NCBI GenBank assembly: GCA_964436545.1
Contig: CAYTCJ010000005.1
Coordinates: 12,713-76,712 of the forward strand
Direction: 5' to 3'
Length of the DNA: 64,000 nucleotides
Source of the DNA: an uncultured Candidatus Saccharibacteria bacterium
GTDB taxonomy: Bacteria; Patescibacteriota; Doudnabacteria; UBA920
Made by a program: the position numbers and the translations under genes. The notes beneath the pieces were generated by a model. It had not been told where the DNA came from. It ran no database searches and worked only from the letters and a program-made list of their open reading frames with translations. Numbering within the stretch: position 1 is the first letter of the stretch; each line of letters opens with the position of its first letter. Of this stretch, positions 63,846 to 64,000 are shown piece after piece.

Positions 63846-64000
63846 AAAAGCTGATCTTCTCGCGGATTTTTACTGCAACGCTGATCTAAATACAGATCTG
63901 CGTGGTTTACCGTGATTAATAAAAAAGTGCCCAAAACTGCGCGGGCAATTGCCTAAAACATAACAGAAACTTTATTATTTGTCAATTATCTGTTATACTT

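Noticed and set aside
1-64000. CRISPR arrays, insertion sequences, integrases or prophage genes
   Set aside because: I looked for regularly spaced direct repeats, transposase DDE motifs, tyrosine-recombinase R...HxxR...Y motifs and phage structural genes, and found none. The only mobile-element-like feature is the GIY-YIG pseudogene.

Overview
This is a low-GC (about 35%) bacterial segment, possibly from a CPR/Patescibacteria-like genome, though that is an inference. Four blocks stand out. (1) At 1-8475, a partial Ser/Thr-rich surface protein gene is followed by two paralogous Wzy_C (O-antigen-ligase-like) membrane proteins with C-terminal TPR repeats, which flank a 932-aa secreted LCAT-like lipase/adhesin. 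(2) At 8462-46152 there is a ~38 kb glycan locus of about 35 genes. It contains two GDP-mannose 4,6-dehydratases, GDP-fucose synthase, RmlB/RmlC-like/RmlD, a CDP-glucose-4,6-dehydratase-like enzyme, and a PMP-type sugar 3-dehydratase (His replaces the Schiff-base Lys). It also contains a short Ugd plus UDP-xylose synthase, three Zn-ribbon C-methyltransferase paralogues with DUF268 and FkbM methyltransferases, a nucleotidyltransferase plus nucleotidyltransferase-kinase fusion, an aldolase-like protein, a split transketolase, a Nudix-like protein, several GT2/GT4 enzymes, Wzx and an initiating phosphoglycosyltransferase. No Wzy polymerase, Wzz or ABC exporter is present. (3) At 46253-52010 a type IV pilus assembly operon (pilB, pilC, pilM, then N/O-like genes) is interrupted by a frameshifted GIY-YIG nuclease gene. 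(4) At 52183-55414, tRNA-Arg and tRNA-Lys are followed by a sharply bounded ~65% GC islet carrying only asd and lysC, a strong HGT or chimera signal. After the islet come holA, a KE-rich secreted protein, a copper operon (csoR, DUF305, copA, HMA-membrane fusion, small protein) with a CsoR operator embedded in its promoter, and typA. My leading hypothesis is that blocks 1-3 together form a protein (pilin or surface protein) O-glycosylation system with PglL/TfpO-like oligosaccharyltransferases, decorated with methylated and 3,6-dideoxy sugars.
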